The notes under the pieces are model-generated. The model searched no databases and was not told where the DNA came from. It saw only the letters and a list, made by a program, of their open reading frames with translations. The position numbers were made by a program, and so were the translations under genes. Below, piece by piece: positions 10,647 to 21,439 of a stretch of DNA of 25,467 nucleotides. How positions within the stretch are numbered: the first letter of the stretch is position 1; the number at the start of each line of letters is the position of its first letter. Source of the stretch: Ginkgo biloba (lineage: Eukaryota > Plantae > Ginkgophyta); NCBI GenBank assembly GCA_024626585.2, contig JANKJI020000002.1:228261484-228286950 (forward strand), given 5' to 3'.

Positions 10647-12108
10647 ACATATACAAGATCTCTCAAAGCCCAAGGTATGATTCAATAACTTCTTAGGTAT
10701 CCTCAAGGCAGAAAGAAGAGATGGTCCAAAATTAGTAGAGTCCCCTATACTCTAAAATTTGGTGAACTTGAGTCTTATAAAATTAAGACTTATAGTCTTA
10801 GTCCTCCAAAATTAATTAGGTCTAAATCAAAACAACCAGCATCACCTCCCATGCCTAAAGTTGTTCTTCATGTAAAAGCACATTATTTTCTATCTAATCT
10901 TATCTATCCTATGTCTTCTACTCTCCATATAAGCCACCAATACAAATGGCAATAACTATGCCTTAATGAACTAAATATCGCCTCAATATTGGATAGAGCC
11001 TTGATGATGTTCTCAATAAAGATTGGGATGCATGTCCCAAATTCAAAGGAGATGGTTCAACCTCTAGAGAATAACATGTAGAGATTTTTGTTGTAATATT
11101 TGGCAATTTTAACATAACCATTGAGAACATGGTTTTCAATATGTTCATACACACTTTGGAAGTAAAAGTTATTATATGGTACCAGTCATTACCTAATGGA
11201 TCCATCACTAGATGGGATACTCTCATAAAATACTTTATACCAAACTTCCTCTAAGATAAGACTATGGCAATCATAACCAAGAGTCATCTACTACAAACAA
11301 GGGAAATAAATAAAGTGTTAAAGACTTTGTCTCTCGATATGACGAAACCTTAAATTATATTACATAGAATTCTAGGCCTACTACTGAGGTCTAAAAGGAA
11401 TGATTCCTAGAGGGGCTTGATCCATATATGAGGTATGTAGTAGAAGATAAACTACCTATTGATTTTTAGCCACAAAGACAATATCTATAGACATAGAAGA
11501 AAGATTGATAAAGGTCGATAAAGTTAAACCTTTTAATTTTACTATTCTTAAAGAAAAAAATGGTGAAATTATATCCATGATAAATCCTTTGACTCAAGAA
11601 CTCCTCAAGAGGATAAGTAATAAAATTACTATCTTAAAAATATAATTCAAGGAATAGAACAACAATAAAGTCACCTTCTTACATAGGTCCAAGGAGGATT
11701 TGTTCACTTCTAATCATGAAGTGACTTATGAATATTATCATGATCTTGCTATAAATGAGAAAGATATTAGATATAAGGTTCTAGATAAACCATAGTCAGG
11801 ATCAAAGATTTCCCAGTAGATTTTAATATGAAATATTTAAAGAAGAATATTTTAACCCTTATGATGTATACTTAGTAGAACAAACTAGGTCTCAAGTTGG
11901 TAGAGATAAAATAACACATATTCCTCCTTAGAAATCAAGTAACCTTAATCCCTTAGACTCCTTCAAGACCACCACTTTAATATCTCCTATTCCTACATCC
12001 AATAGGCCTTAATCTATTACCTAAGGATCTATACCTCTATATGTTTTAAGGTTAGACTCCCCTATAAACAAGGCTACTATGAACCTGACCCTCACTCTAT
12101 TCTTCTCC
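10647..12108 (+). pseudogene. gag: Ty3/gypsy (Tat-like) gag, decayed
   Basis: YTRSLKAQG...DWDACPKFKGDGSTSRE*HVEIF...MFIHTLEVKVIIWYQSLPNGSITRWDTL...SVKDFVSRYD...FLEGLDPYMRY, a Retrotrans_gag pattern. Confidence 0.85.
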
Positions 12109-12308
12109 TTATAACTCTATTATTTCCTTTTGTAATATCTTATATATGTAATATCTCTTATATTGTAATATCCCACATGCATTAGTTAGTTGCATGTCGA
12201 GGATAGTTNNNNNNNNNNNNNNNNNNNNNNNNNNNNNNNNNNNNNNNNNNNNNNNNNNNNNNNNNNNNNNNNNNNNNNNNNNNNNNNNNNNNNNNNNNNN
12301 NNNNNNNN

Positions 12309-12360
12309 AAGGTGAGATTCTGTCCATCATGGGAAGTATCTTAAAAAAAATTACACTTAA
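12309..12360 (+). pseudogene. C-terminus of non-chromovirus Ty3/gypsy integrase
   Basis: GEILSI(N)GKYLKKNYT* with a 1-nt deletion; matches the NG.YLKKYY* end of Tat/Ogre/Athila pol. Confidence 0.7.
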
Positions 12361-12490
12361 AATTGTTACTCTAAGAATCTATATAAATATTGTATATATT
12401 AGGTTGTAATGTGTTTAGTGTTGTTCATGTATTTTCGCAAATAAATCAAGTATCCTAATTTTGCACAACCCACTGGGAGTAATCCAAACC

Positions 12491-12502
12491 AAGGAGGACA
12501 CT
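12491..12502 (+). promoter_or_regulatory. Decayed polypurine tract
   Basis: AAGGAGGACACT directly before the LTR start TATTGACACC and 130 bp after the pol stop. Confidence 0.55.
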
Positions 12503-14349
12503 TATTGACACCTTATTTTAGGCACTTATATAATTTACAAGATCATATTCATGGTTTCAAAGACACTCTTTGGAAGTTCAAAAAGAAATAAAATGTGCAC
12601 CAAGCCTTTTTATTTATGAGTTGCACATTACAACAATAATATCAAGAATGGAGATTTTTAAAGAAACTCTTATGTGTGGACTAAAGGTTTTCCCAATCGG
12701 TGAACTTCGTATGGAAAAAAGGAGATTATTACAACATGGAAAAGACCCCTTATTTTCTAAAAGGATGAATTCATCTTGGAATTGAAGTGGTCAAAGTTTG
12801 ACAATTTCTAACTTCCATGCTGAATGACTCTACTCTCGTCAAAGAAGAACCTAAAGTAGAGGTTTATATGTCATAACTTATTTTTGGTCTTCGCAAGGAG
12901 ATGAACCTACGTATATCTATACCTCATCCCCTCATCAATCATGTGAGGCCCCTCAGTCTTCAGTTATGACCCCGACCATAATAAGAAGAGGATGGATTAC
13001 ACATCAGAGGGTAAAAGTTCCATTGACTTTCCCTTCATACCAAATCCCTCCTTCTTCTCTATTATTTCTAATATTTCTCTTATCATCTTCCTCACCATGT
13101 AAGAACCTAGTGATAGGAATAATACAACCTACATAGAAGAAATAGGTTTAGGACAAACCCACCTTACAACTTTAACCACCCACATTTATCTTTCTAATTC
13201 CACTCATCCCACCTCTCTCCCTTAGCATGAACTTGAGCAATGTAGAGTAGGTCATATTCATCACTTGAATATAACCACTCATTTATTACTTCTACACACA
13301 ACCTATACCCTCCATATTATCCCTCACCCAATTTCATTATCCTATGATGGACTTGGCTATCACTATCTCTACACCCTCTTGCTCTTCAAGCCTGCTTTCT
13401 TTATAAAATCTTTCACCAAATTTTACAATATTTATGGCACCTTCCAAGATGTCCCAATTACCTAGTCTATGAATAATGCATGAGCCATAGAATGGCTCAT
13501 ATTTACTAAGATATACAGCATCTTAATCAAGGCAGATCATCACTAAATATTAAAGATCCTCACATGATTTCAAGTATATATGGGGAAGGTATGGTGATCC
13601 CTAGGTCGATCAAGGGGTGGTTTATGTATCAAGTAGTAGTTTCTCCCTCAAAATATTAGCATTCTATCCCAATTAGAGAAGGATGCCTAAGATAGGAAAT
13701 CCATGATTTCTTGGGTCTCCTCTTACTCCCTAACCTGATCAAGGAGAAACCTAACAACCAAAAATAATTAAGTTACATCAAGGAAAGAGAGTTATATAGC
13801 CCTCCCTAAGTTCTCTTACACTCCCTAACTCAGTCAAGGATACAAATATAAATCAGTGTCAAGGGTATTCCACCCATTAAAATGAAAAGGTGATAGTAAG
13901 GATTCAAGACCAAAATGATAATGACATTGAAGGTGTCTTTTTTAACACCTAGCTGAAATCCAAATATATAATCCAAAATGACCATATGGTAGTGAATTAG
14001 CAATACCAACCCTAAAGAACCATTAATTCTCACTACCATCCCTTATCTTAATGCTCATATGTGTGTCACTCATCCCTAACATTATGCCAAAGAGCATGAT
14101 TTATCACTTACAAATATTCCTACTAAGAAAGTTTCATGCACACTCAAAAAAGAATCCTTCTTTCTTAGTGTCTGTGTTCCTACTTCACCAAGTTATTCTA
14201 ATCCCTCCCAAATTATTATATTATCTTTGTGAGAATATATAATATGCCTAGTCTATTCCCTGCCAGTTTCTTCTGTGAAATTATGCATTGTAGAAGAGAA
14301 AAATGGTCCTTATTATTCTTCTAAGCAAAGAGCGTGTAGAGAAGCATAT
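12503..14349 (+). mobile_element. Tat/Ogre-like 3' LTR, copy 3, interrupted at 14350 by another element
   Basis: TATTGACACCTTATTTTAGGCAC after the integrase end and PPT. Colinear with copy 1 (30-284 joined to 1213-2804). Confidence 0.8.
12771..14288 (-). pseudogene. ORF-A copy 3
   Basis: Includes track ORF 13830-14039 (MVVRINGSLGLVLLIHYH...). Continues GVRGDPRNHGFPILGILL...SCEDL*YLVMI...SCIIHRLGNWDILEG...RLEEQEGVEIV...WVRDNMEGIGCV...DEYDLLY...GERWDEWN*KDKCGW...RESQWNFYPLM. Candidate starts are 14039 or 14288. Confidence 0.6.
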
Positions 14350-14543
14350 TGTTAAGCATTGGTATGCCTAACATATGCATAGTGTATCGTACCTCTATTT
14401 ATAATGCATTAATACCATAAGATGAGTACAAACACATACATAAGCCATTGTACATGGATATATGGAAAACTATCCAAGTCATTATATTAGTACTTATACA
14501 AAAGTACATACAACCCTGAAATCCCATTACATTATAATCATCA
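14350..14543 (-). mobile_element. Short (~190 bp) 3' LTR of an Athila-like Ty3/gypsy element
   Basis: Minus strand TGATGATT...CTTAACA with TATAAATAG (14395-14403). It begins exactly where homology to copy 1 stops and is adjacent to a PPT. Confidence 0.65.
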
Positions 14544-14555
14544 TCCCCCACTTAG
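14544..14555 (-). promoter_or_regulatory. Polypurine tract
   Basis: CTAAGTGGGGGA on the minus strand abutting the LTR. Confidence 0.7.
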
Positions 14556-14699
14556 TATCCTATAAGGTTCATATATATATAATGTGCAAATGGTTAAATA
14601 ATTGTTGTAATAGTTATAAAAGTCCCCAACTTGTGTCGATTGTTTCTCCCTAAGTTGGTGAGATGCTATCATTCCTTGACTTACGTCAATGGATCGACT

Positions 14700-16492
14700 G
14701 ATGTCAGCGAAGTATGTTATTATTTGGTGTTAGTGTTGGCCGAGTCCTCTCTAAGATAATTGGTGGATTCTCCTTTATCGGTGTTGGTCAAGTTCTTTTC
14801 AACATGGTCAATGGAATCCCCTTTGTTGGTCAAGGTTATATCCGACATGCATCAAATTCTCTATCCAATGCTCCTCCATTCCTAAAGCTTTGTCTTGTCC
14901 TAAGACAAGGACAAAAATGATTACTAAGTTTGTTATGGAGGAGATGTAGGTTTGACAGTATCAAGAAGAGCCAAAGATAGCTCCATCTATAATTGAGGCC
15001 ACTTCTTAGTGATCTAGGTAACTGATTATAGGTGTGTCTCTATGGTACTGGTGATAGTGGATCCATCAAGTTCTGGTTTGGTGACCTCCTTCTTGATCTA
15101 TCAAAGGTGATCCTGATAAATCTTTTCCTATGAATGCACCTATTTCTCAACAGATTTGATCTTGGATTTATAAAACTGAAGGAGGCCAAAGGTTTTATGT
15201 GTTTCTCCTTAGGTCTAAATGTAGCTTTACTAGGCCTATTGGTAGTGTGGATTTAGGTTGGTTGATTCCTCCATAGCCTCTATTTGCTAGCTCAATTGGT
15301 CGATGATTGTGTTGGCATGTTCCACCTTCAAACGTGCCTCCTACACTATTTATGGCTACTTTTGAAAGTACCAACCTAAGAATCTTTCTTCCTTGACCAT
15401 TGCCTCGACTACCTCTATGTAGGAGGAGTAGGTCGCCAATGACTCTTGGGATTTTTTTTTATCCTATTTAACCTTTTTCTTTCATGCTTGCAACTGCACC
15501 TCATACTCTTATTGAAATATTTAGAGAGATTACAACTCCTTATTGGTGGTCTATTTATATCTCTATAGAGTGGAAATTTGTTGTTCCATTTGACTACCCT
15601 ACTAGGCTTCCCTCCTGCTAGTTTTCTCTTATCAGTGGATAATGGTCCTTAGTATGTTTGTCTCTAAAATATTAGTAGGTAAGTCATGCTAGTCCATGAG
15701 ATAACCCCCTATATCTTTGGTATATTAGACGAGGTTGATCATTTCTTGGGTTGGCTCCTATATCTATTTTTCAAGTGCATTCACTTATTTCAACCAGACC
15801 ATGTTTTCCTCATGCATGATTTGTTGTGTCTGCATGAAAGTCTATGTCAGTAATCTAGATGTGACAATGGTGATAATAATGGGGGATTGACTCAAATCAC
15901 TACCATCAGAATTAACAAAGGTTTGTTAATGTCCCAAAACTTGAGTATGTTGTCCCTCATTACCTTATGCCTGCCATATTTTATACATTCCTTATCGGAC
16001 ATTCCCAAACTACCCATGTTAGTTTACTTTATATTTGTAGAACTTTTATCAGTTGATTATTGTTCCCTAGTTCATGCAGTATCTCCTAGAAGTTATTGTT
16101 CCTTGGTCAGACTAGTGAGTTTGTTGTTTTTTTTCTCATGCTGTTATGACAATGATTATGACTGTTGGAGTGGGTTAGTTTTCAATGACTATTGTTCTTG
16201 TTTAAACATTGGTTCAAGTCGTATCTTTAGCCCTTATATATGGTGCTTATTTTTGTTGTTGCTTTATCTATAGTGATTCAATTTGTTGTTTCTACTCAGT
16301 TTATTATTGTTGCTTGATCTTCTATTGCTGCTCAGTCTGCTATTATTGCTTAGTCTACTCTAATCTTCCCTCTTGCTATTGCTCTATTTGTTGTTACTAT
16401 TCTACCTACCGTGACCTAGTGTCTTATTGTTGCTCTATCTATGGATGATGTTTCTATTAAGATTCCTCCTTTTCTTCCTCCTATCGGTGTTG
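14700..16492 (-). pseudogene. 3' extra ORF (sense to pol): Gln-rich repeats plus coiled coil, decayed
   Basis: Restoring TAA/TAG to Gln gives QVEQQQQIEQQQEGRLEQTKQQQQTEQQQKIKQQQQTEQ at 16250-16490. EARLKVEHANTIIDQLS*QIEAMEES...KIKSVEK at about 15130-15350. Confidence 0.6.
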
Positions 16493-16592
16493 NNNNNNNN
16501 NNNNNNNNNNNNNNNNNNNNNNNNNNNNNNNNNNNNNNNNNNNNNNNNNNNNNNNNNNNNNNNNNNNNNNNNNNNNNNNNNNNNNNNNNNNN

Positions 16593-17390
16593 CCTTATTA
16601 GGTACAACCATCAAGGGTGACACCCATTAATTATCTGATATCAAATATATCATTCCTATAGATAAGATCTTCTCTAATTCTATTTCTATAATTTGCATCG
16701 TATTGGGATTAAGATGGCACTATGGTGATCTTACTAGCTTGGCATTATCTCTAATAAAAATATAGTATTGACAAATGCTTGGTGATATTCCCTTTAATTC
16801 TTTATGGTTCCATGCAAATGCATGTTGATTTTTTCTAAGCAATTCTAAAATATTTTCCTTTTGCTTGGTTGTGTATGGCCTACCAATAAGAAAGGTTTTT
16901 CTTTTTGCAATTTTGATTTCTTCAGTTTGTCATTTTTTCCAATTCTAGGATTGATGATCATTTTATTTTCCTAAAATAATATCTTTAATGTTCATCCCCT
17001 CTATATTAGTCCTTTTCATTTCCCTATAGAGCTCATCATCTTTGTCTCCAATCATGGACTGCTCTAATACCTCCATGACCATCACTTGAGAATCTTTCTC
17101 TTCCCCTTCTTCATTCCAATTAGATATGATAAATTGATATCCTTATGTATCTTCTTAATCCTCATCATAAAATTCTCTCCATTCAATCTAAGAAGTGGAA
17201 AATGGAAGAGGCTTGGTAGGTTTAAATAGTTATAAATACTTATGTTGTGAACTATGTTCTATTACCATTTTTCCTTATTAACATGTGATTACTACATATA
17301 TAGTGGAAAGACACAACCAACCCAAGATGATAGGATATCATTCCAAATACCTCTTGGTTTGTAGGACAATGAAGTCTACAAGGTACTCTC
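16593..17390 (-). pseudogene. pol: Athila-like pol fragment: protease C-terminus to start of reverse transcriptase
   Basis: YLVDFIVLQTK...YPIILG; LELLRKNQHAFAWNHKELKGISPSIC...LNPN...GMIYLISDN*WVSPLMVVPNK. Confidence 0.9.
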
Positions 17391-17494
17391 AATTAGTAAC
17401 AGCTAGAATAATTCCAATTTTGAGTTAGTAAGTTAAGCTAGATTTAGTTAGAAAAGCTCATGTAGGGAATCTTTAGTTAGTTACTATTAATAGA

Positions 17495-17582
17495 TGACAT
17501 GTAAAACATGCAAAATATGTAAGACATGCAAGTGACATGCAAGACATGTAAGTGACATGAAAGACATGCAATTGACATGTAA
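17495..17582 (+). repeat. Short tandem array of GACATGYAA (10-12-bp units, about 8 copies)
   Basis: gacatgtaa-aacatgcaa-aatatgtaa-gacatgcaagt-gacatgcaa-gacatgtaagt-gacatgaaa-gacatgcaatt-gacatgtaa. Probably within an LTR of a further nested element. Confidence 0.85.
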
Positions 17583-19210
17583 CCAAAAATAGAGTNNNNN
17601 NNNNNNNNNNNNNNNNNNNNNNNNNNNNNNNNNNNNNNNNNNNNNNNNNNNNNNNNNNNNNNNNNNNNNNNNNNNNNNNNNNNNNNNNNNNNNNNAAATA
17701 GTAGTTACTAGTTATAATTACCTTCTTCATGATTTATTTTACTTTAGGACACTATAAATTCATGTTTTAGTAGTACTGAATATTCATTGTATATGGTTTT
17801 TTATGAGTCTAGGTCCACATTGTAACAGAGTGTTTACTCCACTAGGGAAGACATAAATTTTCTTTTCAGTTTTTTTTATTTTTCCTTTTAGTAACATTTT
17901 TTATAAATTTATTTTTCATATAGTCTCTATATTTGATTTTTTTCCTCACATAAGATGAATCCATCACAATAGTGCATACACTCATGGAATTATTTACACC
18001 CTTACGAAGTCCATTTTAGACTCTACATAGTCAAAATATTCTTTGAAAGTATTTTTGTGAATGCAAAACATTGATCTCCACTAATCAACATGATTTTTTA
18101 ATCTAACATTCAATTTATCAAAAAAAAAAAAAAATGGGTTGAATTCTACTAGATAGAATTAGCTTTCTATAGTGTACAAAAAAATGCACCAATTTAGTTC
18201 AACGAGTGCACCTTTTTATAGCAATAAAAAATAAAAAATAAAATAAAGGGTTCATCCATACAATTTTTTTATTTTATTTTTCATATTTATAGTCTATCAT
18301 AAATTATAGGTTATTTGTATGGAGGTTACAAATATTATTTTTTAACATTATTATGTCAATTCTTTTGATTTTATTTTTCTAATTATAATATAATTTCTTT
18401 TGTATAGAATTAAAAATATTTGTAGTAGAATTGCTCACTTTTTATGCACACATAACACACCCAAACCTTTAAGAAGTGAGACATATTTTTAGGGGTGTTG
18501 ATGAGACTATGTGTATCATTGAATATGAATGTTGAGACCATATTTCCTTGAGTAAGTTTCATAAAGATGGCAATAGGAGGGAATATGAACTTCCTCCGCT
18601 ATGATAGGGAAATTTCATTATTTCCTGAAAGAAAAAAAAACTATTGTAAGTGGGTTAGTATTTACATAGAATATTCATAGAAAAGGTATAAATTTTTTGT
18701 CATTTTTCCTTATAATAAGAGAAAGTGGATGATACAATGACAAAAGAAAAAATAGGATTTTAAGTTCAGGAATCTAGTACCAACACTCATGTGATGGTAT
18801 GATTAGACTTTAGGAGTTACTAATAGAGAAAAAAATATTTAGGAAAGAGATGGTGGTCAAAACAAATGAATGAAAATACTTAATGATGGGAGCACCGAAA
18901 TTCGCTAATTTTTTTGGGCTTCATCNNNNNNNNNNNNNNNNNNNNNNNNNNNNNNNNNNNNNNNNNNNNNNNNNNNNNNNNNNNNNNNNNNNNNNNNNNN
19001 NNNNNNNNNNNNNNNNNNNNNNNNNATGTAGGATAATGTGGTACTATCCTAACCATATAATGATATAATAAATGTTATATCATTATATGGCCAAAGGGCC
19101 TACCTATAGATCTAAGTATAATATGACAATTGTATAAGCTATGATGATTTAAAAAAAAGAGATGTAAGAAATAGGATATGATTGAATATGCTATAAAATA
19201 TGTGAGAAAG

Positions 19211-19310
19211 TGATATAAGAGCTAAGAAAGGAGTGAATGAGATCCAAAATATTTACAAATTGATATAAGAGCTAAGAATTAAGTGAATAAGCTCCATAAT
19301 ATATACAATA
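19211..19310 (+). repeat. Imperfect tandem duplication, 2 x 50 bp, in probable LTR-derived DNA
   Basis: tgatataagagctaagaa...agtgaat.ag.tcca.aatat.tacaa at 19211 and 19261. Confidence 0.85.
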
Positions 19311-20697
19311 TCCTCCAAATTTCCTAAATGCATCTATGGATGTGATTTGTAGAAATAACATAATGCCCCCCAAAGGTTAAGATCCACATAAATGTAATGA
19401 ATAAGGGTCAAAAGTATTTGGATCAAGCTCAAAACGAAAAATGACCATCGACTACCACCAAATTATATTGTAAAGTACAACCATATTTTACCAAATTGTC
19501 TTTAAAAATTCATATTAGACTACTAATTCAAATGAAAAAAGTACTATCAATACGAATAAGCAATGTAATCAATGATGTTGTCAATGATATTGATGTCAAA
19601 GGGAATTAGTGGAGGGGAAGGTGAGGGTACAATATATAAATAAGATAGCTATAGAGAGAATTTCTTTCATAGATCACAATATCTTCAAATTATTCCTATG
19701 CCAATAGTGCTTGACATAAGCCCATGGCACAACCACATTCACAATGACTCTAATTAAATTCCCAATAATAGAACTCATTCAGAATAAGAACCAATATTCA
19801 AAGTTGAAATAAAAAATAGAAAAAAAAATAATATTTACACCTAACTATCAACATCACTTAATTTTCATATATAAATAAGCATTCACCACATTACATTTAG
19901 AGATGAAAAACCACAACAAATTGATTTTATCAATGAAAAAGGTCTCAGGTGACATGTACATGAATAAAATAACTACAAATATTTCATGCCCATAAAGGGG
20001 AATACATATAAGGTATAGATTCAAATTATGACATCCACCAAAAAGGTACAATAGACAATTAAGATGACTTCCTCCTAATTAGAGATCGTGAGGACAAAGC
20101 CGGGGACAAAGGCCCTTAGATTACTAACAATGATGAGATATATAAATAATGAATAAATGGGAAAACATGGGGAACATAAGGAATGAAAATAAACATACAA
20201 ATTGATTCTCTCACTAGTAGTTATCAATGAAACCCTTTTCTTCTCTTTTTCCTCCTTTTTATACTTTTCTTCCATGACAGGTAGGGTGCTCCTTCATAAC
20301 TGAAAACTAACTTATCTCAATCATTTCTACAACTACTTCCTTTTGGATTAATACTTATTCTTAGATCTATTGCAATTTCTTATAAATATTTCCCTTCTTG
20401 TCTATAGTGATAAAGTTGTGGTGGACATAAATATTTAGAAATTATTCTTCCATATTTTCAATTTCCTTTATTTTTAAATTCATCAAAAAATCCATTTCAT
20501 AGTTGAAATAGTATCTATCCAATAAACAAGACCCCAATATAGTAGAATATAGTATCTACATATCTTGTAATTGTTGGATATGTGTTGAATACTTTGCNNN
20601 NNNNNNNNNNNNNNNNNNNNNNNNNNNNNNNNNNNNNNNNNNNNNNNNNNNNNNNNNNNNNNNNNNNNNNNNNNNNNNNNNNNNNNNNNNNNNNNNN

Positions 20698-20939
20698 AGA
20701 TGGTTGTGCAAGTTTGCACACCATCCCCTCCTCCCAATTTTGTGACTAGTGTGTGCATTGGTGTGTGTGTTATGTTTATGGAGGAGGAGTCTTGAGCATA
20801 GATGCATGCATTCAGTTCTTGGTTAGTTCATGTTGTGTTCATTCAAGCTTTGGGATTAATTTCTCTGTGTTCATTCCGAGTCTTGGGATTATTTTTGCAT
20901 GTTGCGCACACTGATAATTCTACAAAGTGGTCTCAAAGC
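20698..20939 (+). mobile_element. 3' end of a 5' LTR plus tRNA-iMet PBS
   Basis: ...TTCTACA (20924), AAG, then TGGTCTCAAAGC (20928-20939), a 10/12 match to TGGTATCAGAGC. Confidence 0.6.
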
Positions 20940-21439
20940 AGATGGAGGGTTGTTTTGATGAACCTGTGATGGTGTTTGTGAAAGCTTCAGTTTTTGAATG
21001 AGCTTGTGGTTTTTTTTATGAAGTTTTGTGTGTGGCACACACACAAGCAAGTCAAGAACTAGCATAAAAGGACTACATGGTGATTCAACATGAATTAGTG
21101 GAACATGATCAATGAATGTTCTAAATTTCGAAATGGGAATGTGTACATGTGTGGACTACATATGTTTATGCAAAGTTTTTCAGAAGTTGTTGGTGTTAAA
21201 TTTGTGTGGATAATTCTTCCAAAGGCATTTTGTTAGGGTGATGTGAGTGATTCCACCCAACATTATGGTTGCACGCTTCAAAGTAATTGCCAAGTACCAT
21301 TGCATCTTATATGACCAAGAAACATTAAGATAGGCTCCACAAAAGTACGAAGACAAGGAAAGAAGATTAAACCAATACCACATTCTGTCATTATGCATTA
21401 TTTGATAATTCTAAAACATGACATGCACCCTCATAACTA

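Noticed and set aside
12990-14040. Plus-strand frame sharing wobble positions with ORF-A as the real gene
   Set aside because: It has stops conserved in all copies that read Tyr/His on the minus strand, and its S/P/L-rich composition is the shadow of E/D/G/R codons. Disfavoured but not formally excluded.
4648-14349. Copies 2 and 3 as twin LTRs of one insertion
   Set aside because: They are too divergent, show codon-biased differences and are separated by an unsized gap; copy 3 is closer to copy 1.
15887-16448. Cys/Tyr-rich plus-strand ORFs (128 aa, 79 aa) that look like metallothionein or keratin-associated proteins
   Set aside because: They are the antisense shadow of the decayed CAA/CAG Gln repeat on the minus strand.
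17696-18925. AT-rich block as a non-autonomous DNA transposon
   Set aside because: Bounded by gaps; no TIR, TSD or coding motif can be shown.
17495-19310. Tandem repeats as a CRISPR-like array
   Set aside because: No unique spacers, eukaryotic retroelement context, and no cas genes.
19026-20597. Specific classification of this block (SIRE-like ATTGATGTCAAAGGG at about 19590; possible extra-ORF remnant at 20230-20597)
   Set aside because: Signals are weak and on conflicting strands; probably retroelement debris but not assignable.
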